From assembly GCA_965223265.1 (NCBI GenBank), contig OZ244999.1, positions 3,040,001-3,104,000 of the forward strand: a stretch of 64,000 nucleotides of DNA. Direction: 5' to 3'. The number at the start of each line of letters is the position of its first letter. Within the stretch, counting starts at the first letter, position 1. The DNA comes from Planctomycetota bacterium (GTDB lineage: Bacteria; Planctomycetota; UBA8108; SXIK01). The position numbers and the translations under genes were made by a program. Below are positions 39,455-49,290 of the stretch, one piece after another. The notes under the pieces were generated by a model. The model was given only the letters and a program-made list of their open reading frames with translations. It was not told the origin of the DNA and did no database searches.

Positions 39455-41290
39455 TCAGAGCCAACCGTGAAGCGGGCCACCGGTCGCTCCCAGACGCTCG
39501 ATCCGCTTGGCGACGGCGGTGTCCGGGATCAGTGGCGGTGCGTGGTGTGGCTTGATTCTGGCGTCGATGAGCAGAGGCCCGCGACATCCCCAGTGCTTAT
39601 TGTCCACGAATGAGTCGACTCCATGCACGTCATGTGATGGATTGGATCGCGTGAAGGTCACCCAGAGAAAGTTCCGCAGCGTCTCGGCGCAGAATCGAGC
39701 ATCGTCTACCACGACTACCCACGCGACCTTGCTTAGAGACGATGAGATCGCATGGAGGGTCGTTGACAATCGTTCGATGTCCTGCAGCGCAGTCGGACGC
39801 TGCGAGTAGCGAGGGCCTTCGACGACGAGGGCTCCAGGAAACACCAGTTCCGCCCCGTCGAATCCAGGTGGTAGGTGGAGCTCAGCTGGCAGGGTCGTTA
39901 CGAGCTCGCGGCATGGTTTCCCGGCGGCGGCAATGACGAGCTTCGACCCTTCGTTCAGCCCCGTGCCGGAGTAGTCGAGCGTATCGATCGTCGTCGAGGT
40001 CTGAAAATGGAGGTCACGACTCCAATCGGCGCGTTCGAGGACGTGCCGCAAGAAAGCCTCGATGTCGTCGATGTCGAGGCCGGGGGCGTCCTCCCGCGCC
40101 GCGACCAGAAGGTATTTGGCGAGCGAGCACTGGTTGAAGCCGAGGATAGCATTGGCGATCGTCAAAAGCTCCTGCGGCCGCCGTTCAGCGTACGGCACAT
40201 AGCGCTCACTTGCGAGCGCAAGAAGAAGAGGGTGAACGCCCGCCGCGTCGACGGCGTGAAGTGCGTGCAGGCCGGGAATCTGCTTCGGTACCATGGGACC
40301 GGTGATCTCATGGATCAGCTTGCCGAACGTTGTGTCTTCTTGGGGTGGGCGACCAACGACCGTGAATGGCCAAATAGCGTCAGGGCGATGGTAGACCGCT
40401 TCAACCTCGAGAACCGGAAAGTCGTGGACCAAGCTGTAGTACCCGAGGTGATCGCCGAAGGGGCCTTCGGGGAGCGTGCGACCGGAGGCGACGGTGCCAA
40501 CGATGCAGAAATCAGCATCAGCGGCGACCTTGAACCCGTTGCGTGAAACGTACCGGAAGCGGCGGCCGGCGAGCATCCCTGCGAACAACAATTCTGAGAG
40601 CCCTTCCGGAAGCGGCATGACAGCGGCGAAAGTATGTGCTGGCGGCCCACCGACGAAAATGCTGACCCTCAGACGCTCGCCGCGCTCGAGCGCCTGGGCG
40701 TGGTGAACTCCAATGCCGCGGTGGATCTGGTAGTGTAGCCCCACTTCCCGATCGACGGCGTAGCGGTTGCCCGCCAGTTGGATGCGATACATCCCCACGT
40801 TAGAGTGTCTCGCGCCTGGGCGCGAGGCGTCTTCCGTGTAGACCTGCGGTAAGGTGATGAACGGCCCGCCATCGTCAGGCCAGCTGCGTATCTGTGGCAA
40901 CTCCGAGACCCGTGTCGTCGATTCCAGCACCGGTCCGGTGGCGACGCGGCGCGGAAGTGACGTCAGCGCTGTCCAAGGGAGACGCCACTGAGCGAGAGGC
41001 TGGCGGAGCGCCTGGGTGGGGTCGGCCTTCAGCTGCACCGCTCGACGGACGAGATCGAGCGTGTCACGAAAAATGAACCGTGCGCGCTCGATCGTTCCGA
41101 AGAGATTACAAACAGCAGGAAAACGGCAGCCTTTGAGGTTCTCGAAGAGAACCGCCGGCCCCTGGGTTGCATAAACTCGCCGTTGAATTTCCGCAACCTC
41201 AAGGTCAGGATCAACTTCGTCCCGAATGCGCACGAGTTGTCCATTGCGTTCAAGGTCGAGGACGCACTCTTGCAGGCTAGGATACCCCAT
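39455..41290 (-). CDS. UbiD family decarboxylase (long form, possibly menaquinone pathway)
   Basis: 'SWPDDGGPFITLP', 'NVGMYRIQ', 'EGPFGDHLGYY', 'VVGRPPQED', 'DTLDYS'. Confidence 0.9.
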   Translation of the reverse strand: MGYPSLQECVLDLERNGQLVRIRDEVDPDLEVAEIQRRVYATQGPAVLFENLKGCRFPAVCNLFGTIERARFIFRDTLDLVRRAVQLKADPTQALRQPLAQWRLPWTALTSLPRRVATGPVLESTTRVSELPQIRSWPDDGGPFITLPQVYTEDASRPGARHSNVGMYRIQLAGNRYAVDREVGLHYQIHRGIGVHHAQALERGERLRVSIFVGGPPAHTFAAVMPLPEGLSELLFAGMLAGRRFRYVSRNGFKVAADADFCIVGTVASGRTLPEGPFGDHLGYYSLVHDFPVLEVEAVYHRPDAIWPFTVVGRPPQEDTTFGKLIHEITGPMVPKQIPGLHALHAVDAAGVHPLLLALASERYVPYAERRPQELLTIANAILGFNQCSLAKYLLVAAREDAPGLDIDDIEAFLRHVLERADWSRDLHFQTSTTIDTLDYSGTGLNEGSKLVIAAAGKPCRELVTTLPAELHLPPGFDGAELVFPGALVVEGPRYSQRPTALQDIERLSTTLHAISSSLSKVAWVVVVDDARFCAETLRNFLWVTFTRSNPSHDVHGVDSFVDNKHWGCRGPLLIDARIKPHHAPPLIPDTAVAKRIERLGATGGPLHGWL

Positions 41291-41439
41291 CGCTCGCAGT
41301 CCTATCGGTCGTTTCGTCTCGGTTGGTCGTATCGAATCGACGCGAAGTATACTCGTACTTTGAGTGGCAAGAAAAGGTCACTCGTGCGGCACATGATCTC
41401 GTTGGGGGCCGCGGAACCACTAGGGGGATGTGAACGTCG

Positions 41440-42096
41440 ATGCTGCGCTACTTCATCCGGCGACGCACCATTTGGTGTCCGACTCTACTCGGCGGTTTGA
41501 CTCTTCTCGCTCTGGTTGGGGGTGCTGTGGTACTAACGATCTCGTATGCACACGGTTTTTTAGCGGTTTCGGAGCGCGAGGCGTCGGCTGAAGTGCTCGT
41601 GATCGAGGGGTGGCTTCCCGACTACGCACTCGCTGTCGCCGTGAAGGAGCTCGAGACCGGCGAGTACTCGCACGTTTGCGTCGGCGGCGGCCCACTGGAT
41701 CACGGGAATTATCTCAGCTCCTACCGCAGCTATGCGGAACTGAGTGCGGCCAGTCTCAAAGCCTTGGGGGTCGCCGCAGATCGCGTCATCGTCGCGCCAG
41801 CAGCGAACACTAGGCTCCACCGAACGTATGAGTCGGCACGCGCAGTGCGTCGCGCACTTGAGGATTCTCGGGCGAATGTCGCCGCAGTCAATGTTTTGAC
41901 GCTTGGCGTTCATGCTCGGCGTTCTCGACTCGTCTTCAAGAAGGAGTTCGGTGACATAGCGGTGGGAGTCATCTCGGTGCCGAGAGAGGACTACGATCCG
42001 GCGCGCTGGTGGGCGTCGAGTGCTGGAGCCAGAGTCTTGCTCGTCGAAGGCGTCGCATGGATGCACGAATGGCTCTTTGACTCGGGCCGTGAGTGA
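41440..42096 (+). CDS. YdcF/DUF218 (ElyC-like) family protein
   Basis: N-terminal TM helix, 'VLVIEGW', 'RTYESA', 'HARRS', 'RWW'. Confidence 0.8.
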   Translation: MLRYFIRRRTIWCPTLLGGLTLLALVGGAVVLTISYAHGFLAVSEREASAEVLVIEGWLPDYALAVAVKELETGEYSHVCVGGGPLDHGNYLSSYRSYAELSAASLKALGVAADRVIVAPAANTRLHRTYESARAVRRALEDSRANVAAVNVLTLGVHARRSRLVFKKEFGDIAVGVISVPREDYDPARWWASSAGARVLLVEGVAWMHEWLFDSGRE

Positions 42097-42244
42097 AACG
42101 GCTAGGATCTGCTTCGCTCTCGGTGGTGGGACGACGGTCCGGTAACGGACGGCGTTGGTCAGAGATTGATGATATGTTAGGGAGGGTGGAGTAGCGTGAG
42201 CGGCACCCGTTCGCGGTCAAAACAAGCGACAGGCTTTGAGCGCC

Positions 42245-43429
42245 ATGAGTCCCGACCAAACGGAAGAATTACAGGCTCTCCGGCAGAGCGTCGCCCGTTT
42301 CGCGTCAGAGCGCATTGCGCCATTTGCGCAGGAATGGGACCGTAAGGAGGGATATCCTGACGATCTCGTGCGCCACCTTGCGGCTCAGGGGCTGTGGGGC
42401 ATCCGGATCGACGAAGCCTACGGCGGCGCCGGAGGCGACTACGCTATGTTTGCCGTCGTGCTCGAAGAGCTCGCGCGTCATGACGGCGGTGTTGCACTGG
42501 CTGTCGAGGCGCACAACGGACTGTGCTGCGAGCACATTGCTTTGGCTGGCAGCGACTCGATCAAACAGCGGTTCTTGCCGAGTCTCGCCCGGGGGGACGT
42601 CCTCGGAAGCTGGTGCCTCAGCGAACCTGACTCCGGTACAGACGCCGCCGGAATGAAGACGCGCGCTGTGCGTGACGGCGACACGTGGGTGCTCAACGGC
42701 ACGAAACAGTTCATCACGAACGGCCATCGCGCCGGCCTTTTTGTCGTCACCGCGGTGACGTCAGCTGAAGGCGGACGCAAAGGAATCAGCGCGTTTGTGG
42801 TGGAGCGCGATACGCCCGGGCTGGAGACTGGGGCGCTTGAGGACAAGCTTGGGATGCGTTCGTCGGACACAGTCACGGTGAGTCTCTCGGACGTACGCGT
42901 GCCTGATGATCAGCGGCTCGGCGCTGTAGACGGCGCCTTTGACGACGTCAAAGTGATCCTGGCGCAAGGTCGCGTCATGATTTCGGCGTTGTGCCTCGGA
43001 CTCGCACGCGGTGCACTCGAAGAGAGCGTGCGCTATGCGGAAGAGCGACACGCATTTGGGCAACCGATCGCTAATTACCAACTGATTCAGGCGAAAGTTG
43101 CTGACATGGCGATTCAACTGGAGGCGGCGCGCGCGCTGGTTCGTGGAGCTGTCGAACGTCTGGATCGCGGTGAAAGTGTTGCATACGAGTCGGCCGTGAC
43201 GAAGGTTTTTGCTTCGGAGATGGCGACCGCTGCCTGTCTTCAGGCCATCCAGGTGCACGGCGGCTATGGATACCTGAAAGACTACAACGTCGAACGCTAC
43301 TTGCGTGACGCGAAGCTGTGCGAGATCGGTGAAGGAACGAGTGAGATTCTTCGGATTCTCGTGGCGCGTGGATTGTTTGCGCGGATGGGGCGGTCCGAAT
43401 CGACGCAGGTCGGAAAGGCGACTCGATGA
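42245..43429 (+). CDS. Acyl-CoA dehydrogenase
   Basis: 'LSEPDSGTDA', 'LNGTKQFITNG', 'KLGMRSSDT', 'QVHGGYGY', 'IGEGTSEI'. Confidence 0.95.
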   Translation: MSPDQTEELQALRQSVARFASERIAPFAQEWDRKEGYPDDLVRHLAAQGLWGIRIDEAYGGAGGDYAMFAVVLEELARHDGGVALAVEAHNGLCCEHIALAGSDSIKQRFLPSLARGDVLGSWCLSEPDSGTDAAGMKTRAVRDGDTWVLNGTKQFITNGHRAGLFVVTAVTSAEGGRKGISAFVVERDTPGLETGALEDKLGMRSSDTVTVSLSDVRVPDDQRLGAVDGAFDDVKVILAQGRVMISALCLGLARGALEESVRYAEERHAFGQPIANYQLIQAKVADMAIQLEAARALVRGAVERLDRGESVAYESAVTKVFASEMATAACLQAIQVHGGYGYLKDYNVERYLRDAKLCEIGEGTSEILRILVARGLFARMGRSESTQVGKATR

Positions 43430-44787
43430 TCCGCATCGCTAGCGGTCAAGCGTTTTGGGGGGACTGGTCGCAAGCCCCGGCTCTCCAAGTTCGCTCCGGA
43501 CCGATCGACTATCTGATCTTGGATTATCTGGCCGAAGTCACGATCGCGATTCTCGACAAACAGCGCGAACGCGACGCCGAGGCCGGGTTCGCCCGAGATT
43601 TTGTCCGTGACATCGGCGATCTTCTTGAAGAGCTCGTGGCTCGAAATATCAAAGTCATCGCGAGTGCGGGCGGAGTGAATCCATACGGCTGCGCGGAGGC
43701 GCTGTGTCAACGGGCGGCGGAGTGTGGCCTGCGCGGAATGAAGGTCGGCGTCGTGAGCGGCGACGACATCCGGTCGTCTCTTTTCCTCGGCGGAGGTGAC
43801 GGCCGTGTTGCCTGCCAGCCGCTTGAGTCATCTGCCCCAGATTTCGCCGCGATCGCACCGCAGATGAGCAGCGCTCACGTCTACCTTGGTGCAGAACCCA
43901 TCGCCGCAGCGCTGCGCGGCGGAGCGCAGATCGTCGTCACTGGGCGCTGCACCGACACTGCACTCGCGCTTGGACCGATGATCCACGAGTTCGATGTCGC
44001 CGCGGACGACTGGGATGCTCTGGCGCTGGGAACCGTGGTCGGACACATCCTCGAGTGCGGCGGACAGTCCACAGGCGGCAACTACATGGCCGACTGGCGA
44101 TCGGTCCCGGATGTCGAGCGACTTGGCTTCCCGATTGCTGAAGTTCATTCCCGCGAACGCGCCACGGTGACCAAACATGAGTCGCTCGGGGGGATCGTCG
44201 ATCTTGCTTCCGTCAAGGAACAGCTGCTGTACGAGATCGGCGATCCGTCAGCGTACATAACCGCAGATTGCGTCGTCGATTTCACGACGATTCAGTTGCG
44301 GCAAGAGGACACCAATCGAGTCGAAGTGACGGGAGTGCGAGGCAAACCGGCACCGTCGACGCTTAAGGTTTCGTGCATTTACGACGCAGGCTGGAAGGTG
44401 ACTGGCCAGTTGACGTACTGCTGGCCAGATGCCGTCGAAAAGGCTCGACGAGGCGGTGAGATCGTGAGGCGCCGCACAGAGACGAAAACTGGCGCGGTTT
44501 TTGACGAGTGGCGAGTCGAGCTCGTCGGGGTCGATTCGTGCCACGGCCCGCTCACATCTGTAGCGGCCGAACCACAGGAAGTCACGCTGCGTGTTTCGGC
44601 GCGGTCCACGAGTCAGGAAGCTTGCGAGGAAGTAGGGCGTGAGATCATTGGGTTGATCCTGACAGGCCCTCCCGGAGTGACCGGGTATGCGGGCGGACGC
44701 CCAAGAGCTTCGCGACTGCGAAATATTTGGTCTGGCCTCGTGCCGCGGGCGTGTGTGCAGCCAAACGTTGAGGTGATTTCCGCATGA
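43426..44787 (+). CDS. Acyclic terpene utilization AtuA family (DUF1446) protein
   Basis: 'FWGD', 'DYLAEVT', 'TGRCTD', 'GHILECGGQSTGGN', 'EQLLYEIGDP'. ATGA overlap with the upstream gene. Confidence 0.92.
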   Translation: MIRIASGQAFWGDWSQAPALQVRSGPIDYLILDYLAEVTIAILDKQRERDAEAGFARDFVRDIGDLLEELVARNIKVIASAGGVNPYGCAEALCQRAAECGLRGMKVGVVSGDDIRSSLFLGGGDGRVACQPLESSAPDFAAIAPQMSSAHVYLGAEPIAAALRGGAQIVVTGRCTDTALALGPMIHEFDVAADDWDALALGTVVGHILECGGQSTGGNYMADWRSVPDVERLGFPIAEVHSRERATVTKHESLGGIVDLASVKEQLLYEIGDPSAYITADCVVDFTTIQLRQEDTNRVEVTGVRGKPAPSTLKVSCIYDAGWKVTGQLTYCWPDAVEKARRGGEIVRRRTETKTGAVFDEWRVELVGVDSCHGPLTSVAAEPQEVTLRVSARSTSQEACEEVGREIIGLILTGPPGVTGYAGGRPRASRLRNIWSGLVPRACVQPNVEVISA

Positions 44788-45182
44788 AGATGCGACTGCT
44801 CCTGTTGGCTCATGGTCGCTCCGGTGACAAGGGCGACACCGTCAACATCGGCATCATTTCCCGTCGGTCGCAGTGGTATCCTGAACTGAAGCGACAGCTC
44901 ACTGCTGAGCGCGTCAAGGAGTACCTGAGTCCTCTCGATATCGGCGACGTTGAGCGCTACGACTTGGACAACCTCGAAGCGTTCAATTTCGTCATCGCCC
45001 ATGCTCTCAGCGGTGGTGGTGCGGTGTCGCTGCGTCTCGACGCGCAAGGAAAGACGTACGCGCAGGCGCTTTTGCGGCTGCCCATGGATGTTCCGGACAA
45101 TGTCGGCCGCGAGGTGCTTGAGGCTTGGGGGGATCGATTACCGCGAGACGGCATCCTGACAACCGACCAGGCTCCGGTGTGA
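44784..45182 (+). CDS. AtuA C-terminal-like small protein
   Basis: 'AHGRSGDKGD..NIG', 'VERY.L.NL.A.NFV', 'LSGGG..SLRLDAQGK'. Confidence 0.88.
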   Translation: MKMRLLLLAHGRSGDKGDTVNIGIISRRSQWYPELKRQLTAERVKEYLSPLDIGDVERYDLDNLEAFNFVIAHALSGGGAVSLRLDAQGKTYAQALLRLPMDVPDNVGREVLEAWGDRLPRDGILTTDQAPV

Positions 45183-45267
45183 ATCGGTGTAGCAAACGGG
45201 TGTGCGGTCGTGGTGGCGACTCGCCTGCACGACCGCGGGATCTCAGCGGAGGAGGCGCGTTTTGACG

Positions 45268-46050
45268 ATGAGCCTTGTGATCTCGAAGACCACGAACGGC
45301 GTATGCCACGTCGAGCTCAATCGTCCGGAGAAGCGCAACGCTCTTTGCTTCGACTTGCTCGGCGAGCTGGCAACTGAGATCCAGCGCGCACAGAACGATC
45401 CGGCTACGAGCGTTTTGCTCATGACCGCGCGTGGTCCAGCGTTTTGCTCCGGCATGGATCTGAAGGCAGTCGACCTAACGGATCGAGGCATCGCGCAGCA
45501 ATTCGGTGACGCTCTTGCCGAAGTATACCAGCGCCTGCTAGGACTCGACGTGCCTCTCGTCGCTGCGGTCGACGGACCCGCACTCGGCGGCGGCCTCGGA
45601 CTCGCTGTGGCGGCAGATTTCGTCTTCGCGGGAGGCAAGGCTCGCTTCGCTCTTCCCGAGACACGACTCGGCTTGGTCCCTGCACTCGTCTCGGTGGTAG
45701 CGCGGCGCCGTTTGACGTTACAGCGACTCGTTGCTGTCACGGTCTGTGACGCTTTGTTCGACGCTCGCGAAGCCGTCGCCAGCGGGCTTGCCGACGTCTA
45801 CACCGAGGACGCAGGATCCGCGGCTGCCATCGAGCACTCACAACGACTCGCTCAAGAGCGATCGAGCGCGGCCGCGCAGCGTACGAAACGTTTTCTGAGG
45901 CAATTTGAACCCGACGTCGTCAGCCAACAACTCTCGCGCGCCAGTGCAGAATTCGTCGCTGCCGTCGCGATGCCTGAAGCTCAACGTGGGCTCGCGGCTT
46001 TTCGTCGTGGCGAGACGGTGTCATGGTGCGCCAATACAGGGCAGGAATGA
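45268..46050 (+). CDS. Enoyl-CoA hydratase/isomerase family protein
   Basis: 'LNRPEKRNAL', 'FCSGMDL', 'ALGGGLGL', 'LPETRLGL'. GGAGG upstream of ATG 45268. Confidence 0.92.
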   Translation: MSLVISKTTNGVCHVELNRPEKRNALCFDLLGELATEIQRAQNDPATSVLLMTARGPAFCSGMDLKAVDLTDRGIAQQFGDALAEVYQRLLGLDVPLVAAVDGPALGGGLGLAVAADFVFAGGKARFALPETRLGLVPALVSVVARRRLTLQRLVAVTVCDALFDAREAVASGLADVYTEDAGSAAAIEHSQRLAQERSSAAAQRTKRFLRQFEPDVVSQQLSRASAEFVAAVAMPEAQRGLAAFRRGETVSWCANTGQE

Positions 46051-47693
46051 ACCGCAAGACAAAGCCGCTGAGTCCTCACACTGCTGTCCTACAGGACCTA
46101 GAAAGACGATTGGCCGAGCAGTCAGTCGCAGGTTCCGAGGCCGCTATTGCTCGCCAGCACAGCAAGGGCAAACTGACAATTCCTGAGCGACTCGATCTGC
46201 TGCTAGATCGGACCGCCGATCGTTTCGAGATCGGAGCGTTTGCCGCCGACGGGATGTACACCGACCAGGGACGCATCGTCGCCGCAGGAGTTCGGGTCGT
46301 GATCGGCAAGGTCTCCGGTCGGGACTGCATCGTCATCGCGAATGACTCCATGGTCAAAAGTGGCACCTGGTTTCCTCTGACGATCCGAAAGATCTTACGG
46401 GCGCAGGAGGTGGCCATGGAAAACCGCCTGCCGGCGATCTACTTGGTCGATTCCGGCGGCCTCTTCTTGCCGTTACAGCATGAGAGCTTTCCGGACCACG
46501 ACGGAGCTGGCCGAATCTTCTACAACAACGCCCGCTTGTCTGCCCTCGGTGTACCGCAGATTGCCGCCGTCATGGGGCCATGCGTTGCGGGCGGCGCGTA
46601 CATTCCAGCTCTTTGCGATGAGCTCCTCATGGTTCAAGGCACGAGCGGCATTTTCCTCGGTGGACCTTACTTGGTCAAAGCCGCGATCGGCGAGGACGCC
46701 GACAGCGAGGCGCTGGGCGGAGCGTCAACGCACACGAAGCTGAGCGGTATGGCTGACTTTGAGGACGCGACAGAGGAGCGGTGTCTCGCACGCGTGCGGC
46801 GTCTGGCCGCGCAGTGGCCGTCGTGTGAGCCTCGAGACGGAGACAGCGACGGTGCGGCCAGCGAGCCGCCGTCAGTGGTTGATCGGGTGTCCCCGGAGGG
46901 GGATCCGGCCTCGATTTTGACGATTCTTCCTGAGGATCGACGCAGCGCGTATGACATGAGAGAGCTCTTGGCGCATGTCATCGATCGGGGTAGCTGGGAG
47001 GAGTACAAGGCGGATTACGGCAAGACGCTTCTCACTGCCACGGCTCGTATCGGCGGCAAAGCCGTCGGCATCGTCGCGAACCAGCGTCTGGTCACGAAGA
47101 ACGCTGCTGGGGAGATGCAGATTGGAGGCGTCATCTACTCAGACTCAGCGAGCAAGGCCGCGCGGTTCGTCCTCGGGTGTAACCAGAAGTCCTTACCGCT
47201 CGTCTTTTTCCAAGACGTCACGGGTTTCATGGTGGGGACGCGCGCCGAGCAAGGCGGAATCATCAAGGACGGTGCTAAGCTTGTCAGTGCCGTCAGCAAT
47301 TCACGCGTACCGAAGATCACTGTGATCGTCGGTAACAGCTATGGTGCAGGCAACTACGCGCTGTGTGGGCGTGCCTACGCACCTCGATTCCTCCTCGCCT
47401 GGCCGACAGCGAGCATCGCCGTCATGGGAGGCGAGCAGGCCGCTGACACGATCTTGAGTATCGAGAAGGCGAAGGCGAAAGGCACGCTGAGCTCCGACGA
47501 AGAGAGCGAAATCCTCGCGAGAATTCGGCGCGCGTACGAAGCCTCCGAGTCGCCCTACTACGCCGCAGCTCGCCTTTGGGCTGATGCGATCATCGATCCA
47601 CGCACGACGCGCGACGTGCTGAGCCGACTTCTCGACATCACCGCGCGGGCCCCGCAAGAGGACAGTTTCAATCTCGGCGTCTTTCAAGTCTGA
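46047..47693 (+). CDS. Acyl-CoA carboxylase carboxyltransferase (methylcrotonyl-CoA carboxylase beta-like)
   Basis: 'GKLTIPERL', 'YLVDSGG', 'CVAGGAY', 'DVTGFMVG..AEQGGIIKDGAK', 'YAAARLW.D', 'GVFQV'. Confidence 0.93.
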   Translation: MNRKTKPLSPHTAVLQDLERRLAEQSVAGSEAAIARQHSKGKLTIPERLDLLLDRTADRFEIGAFAADGMYTDQGRIVAAGVRVVIGKVSGRDCIVIANDSMVKSGTWFPLTIRKILRAQEVAMENRLPAIYLVDSGGLFLPLQHESFPDHDGAGRIFYNNARLSALGVPQIAAVMGPCVAGGAYIPALCDELLMVQGTSGIFLGGPYLVKAAIGEDADSEALGGASTHTKLSGMADFEDATEERCLARVRRLAAQWPSCEPRDGDSDGAASEPPSVVDRVSPEGDPASILTILPEDRRSAYDMRELLAHVIDRGSWEEYKADYGKTLLTATARIGGKAVGIVANQRLVTKNAAGEMQIGGVIYSDSASKAARFVLGCNQKSLPLVFFQDVTGFMVGTRAEQGGIIKDGAKLVSAVSNSRVPKITVIVGNSYGAGNYALCGRAYAPRFLLAWPTASIAVMGGEQAADTILSIEKAKAKGTLSSDEESEILARIRRAYEASESPYYAAARLWADAIIDPRTTRDVLSRLLDITARAPQEDSFNLGVFQV

Positions 47694-47852
47694 GTGATCG
47701 GCGCTGGGTGACGACGCGACGAGGCTGCTGGTGCGGGGCTGCGTGGCGGAACGGTGATTCTGGGTTGCGCGGTCGCTTCGCAGGTCTCGGGATGGTCGGC
47801 GTGTGGGTGGGAGTGGGAGTGCTCTGCGTCTGATTCTGTATCCGTATGCGTG

Positions 47853-48040
47853 TCTGCCTCCGCCTCTGACTCTGCCTCCGCCTCTGACTCTGCCTCCGCC
47901 TCTGACTCTGCCTCCGCCTCTGACTCTGCCTCCGCCTCTGACTCTGCCTCCGCCTCTGACTCTGCCTCCGTCTCTGACTCTGCCTCCGCCTCTGACTCTG
48001 CCTCCGCCTCTGACTCTGCCTCCGCCTCTGACTCTGCCTC
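47853..48040. repeat. 18-bp tandem repeat (TCTGCCTCCGCCTCTGAC), 10 copies plus a partial copy
   Basis: Units start every 18 bp from 47853 to 48015. Unit 7 (47961) carries one C>T change, and an 8-bp partial copy ends at 48040. The repeat lies between convergent genes. Confidence 0.97.
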
Positions 48041-48087
48041 TCCCAGTCGTTCTCCCGCTCGATCGCCGACTCCGTATCCCACGTGTT

Positions 48088-49290
48088 TCAGCCACCCGTT
48101 CGTCCAGAGATCTCAAGACAAAGCCGGCGCGTGCGTCGCACACACGTTTCGATATCGAAGCAATCCTCGGCCTTGCGTCGCGCAGCGTGTGTCAGCCGTT
48201 CGCGTTCGGGAGCGTCGGTGAGCATTCGATGCAGGCGTTCAGCAGTACTCTTTGCGTCGTCCACCGGCACCAGCCAGCCGGTTTCTCCATCGTCGATGAT
48301 TTCTGCAGTACCACCGGCGTCTGTCGCGACAACGGCTGTCGCCATCGCGGCTGCCTCGAGGAGGACGCGTCCAAGGGGTTCCTGCCGCGCGGTGTGGACC
48401 AACACGTCGATGTCCCGCAAGATCGCCGGGACATCGCTCCGCCAACCAAGGAAGTAGATGCGGTCGGTCAAGTCGCTTCGCCGAACTTGCTCATGAAGCT
48501 GTCGTTCGAACTCTACATTCTCGGCCTTTTCGGAGAAGCGAGCGCCCACGATGATGCCGTGTAGATCCGGGAGGACCTTTTGGCAGCGGATGAAGGCGTC
48601 AAGAAACACATCCGTTGCTTTGCGCAGCGAAATCTGGCCGATCGTTGCAACGAGCGGTACGTCCCGGCGGAGGTTCAACTCGCTACGAATCGAACCGCGA
48701 ACCTGAGAGCGATCCAGCTGGGTCAGGTCGACCCCGTTGTGGATCACTTCGATCTGTCCTGCGTCGACACCTTCGGCGACGAGGTGTGCTTTCACCGCGT
48801 GCGATACCGCAACAACGCGTGTGTTTTTCGACAGACGGGCACGTCGTGCGCCGCTCAGGCGCTCGATTTCTCTGACGTGCGCCAGGGACGGAACGCCGAG
48901 CGACTCGCCGACAAGACCGCTGACGAGACCTGTCGAGAGAGAATTGCCATGCACCAAGTCGGCGGAGACCATCTCCGCCAAGTGTGCGGCATTGCGTTCC
49001 GCCGGCGACTTTCCATCCTGTGGCTGGCGGCAGCGCTCAAAAGGCACAAGCTGCACGCTTCCCAAGGCTTCGATGGCCGCGGCCATGTGACTCTCGGGCG
49101 GTGCGGTCGCCTGGAAGCTGAATTCGTTCTGCAGTCGACGCATCACTTCGAGCATGGAGCGTTCGCCGCCGCTGACCGTTGGATGCTCGAAAAGGGTTGT
49201 GACACGCAGCCGTGGTGATCGTAGCGGCGCCTGACGAGTATGCGTCCGAGGTGACTGGCCACCCTCAGTGTCACTATGATCGGTCTTCAC
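48088..49290 (-). CDS. Glycosyltransferase family 4 (GT-B)
   Basis: 'SGGER', 'IHNGVD', 'EPLGRVLLEAAA..VVAT..GG..EII.DGETG'. Confidence 0.92.
   Translation of the reverse strand: MKTDHSDTEGGQSPRTHTRQAPLRSPRLRVTTLFEHPTVSGGERSMLEVMRRLQNEFSFQATAPPESHMAAAIEALGSVQLVPFERCRQPQDGKSPAERNAAHLAEMVSADLVHGNSLSTGLVSGLVGESLGVPSLAHVREIERLSGARRARLSKNTRVVAVSHAVKAHLVAEGVDAGQIEVIHNGVDLTQLDRSQVRGSIRSELNLRRDVPLVATIGQISLRKATDVFLDAFIRCQKVLPDLHGIIVGARFSEKAENVEFERQLHEQVRRSDLTDRIYFLGWRSDVPAILRDIDVLVHTARQEPLGRVLLEAAAMATAVVATDAGGTAEIIDDGETGWLVPVDDAKSTAERLHRMLTDAPERERLTHAARRKAEDCFDIETCVRRTRRLCLEISGRTGG

Noticed and set aside
47853-48040. CRISPR array
   Set aside because: The repeats are head-to-tail with no unique spacers, and no cas genes are in the window.
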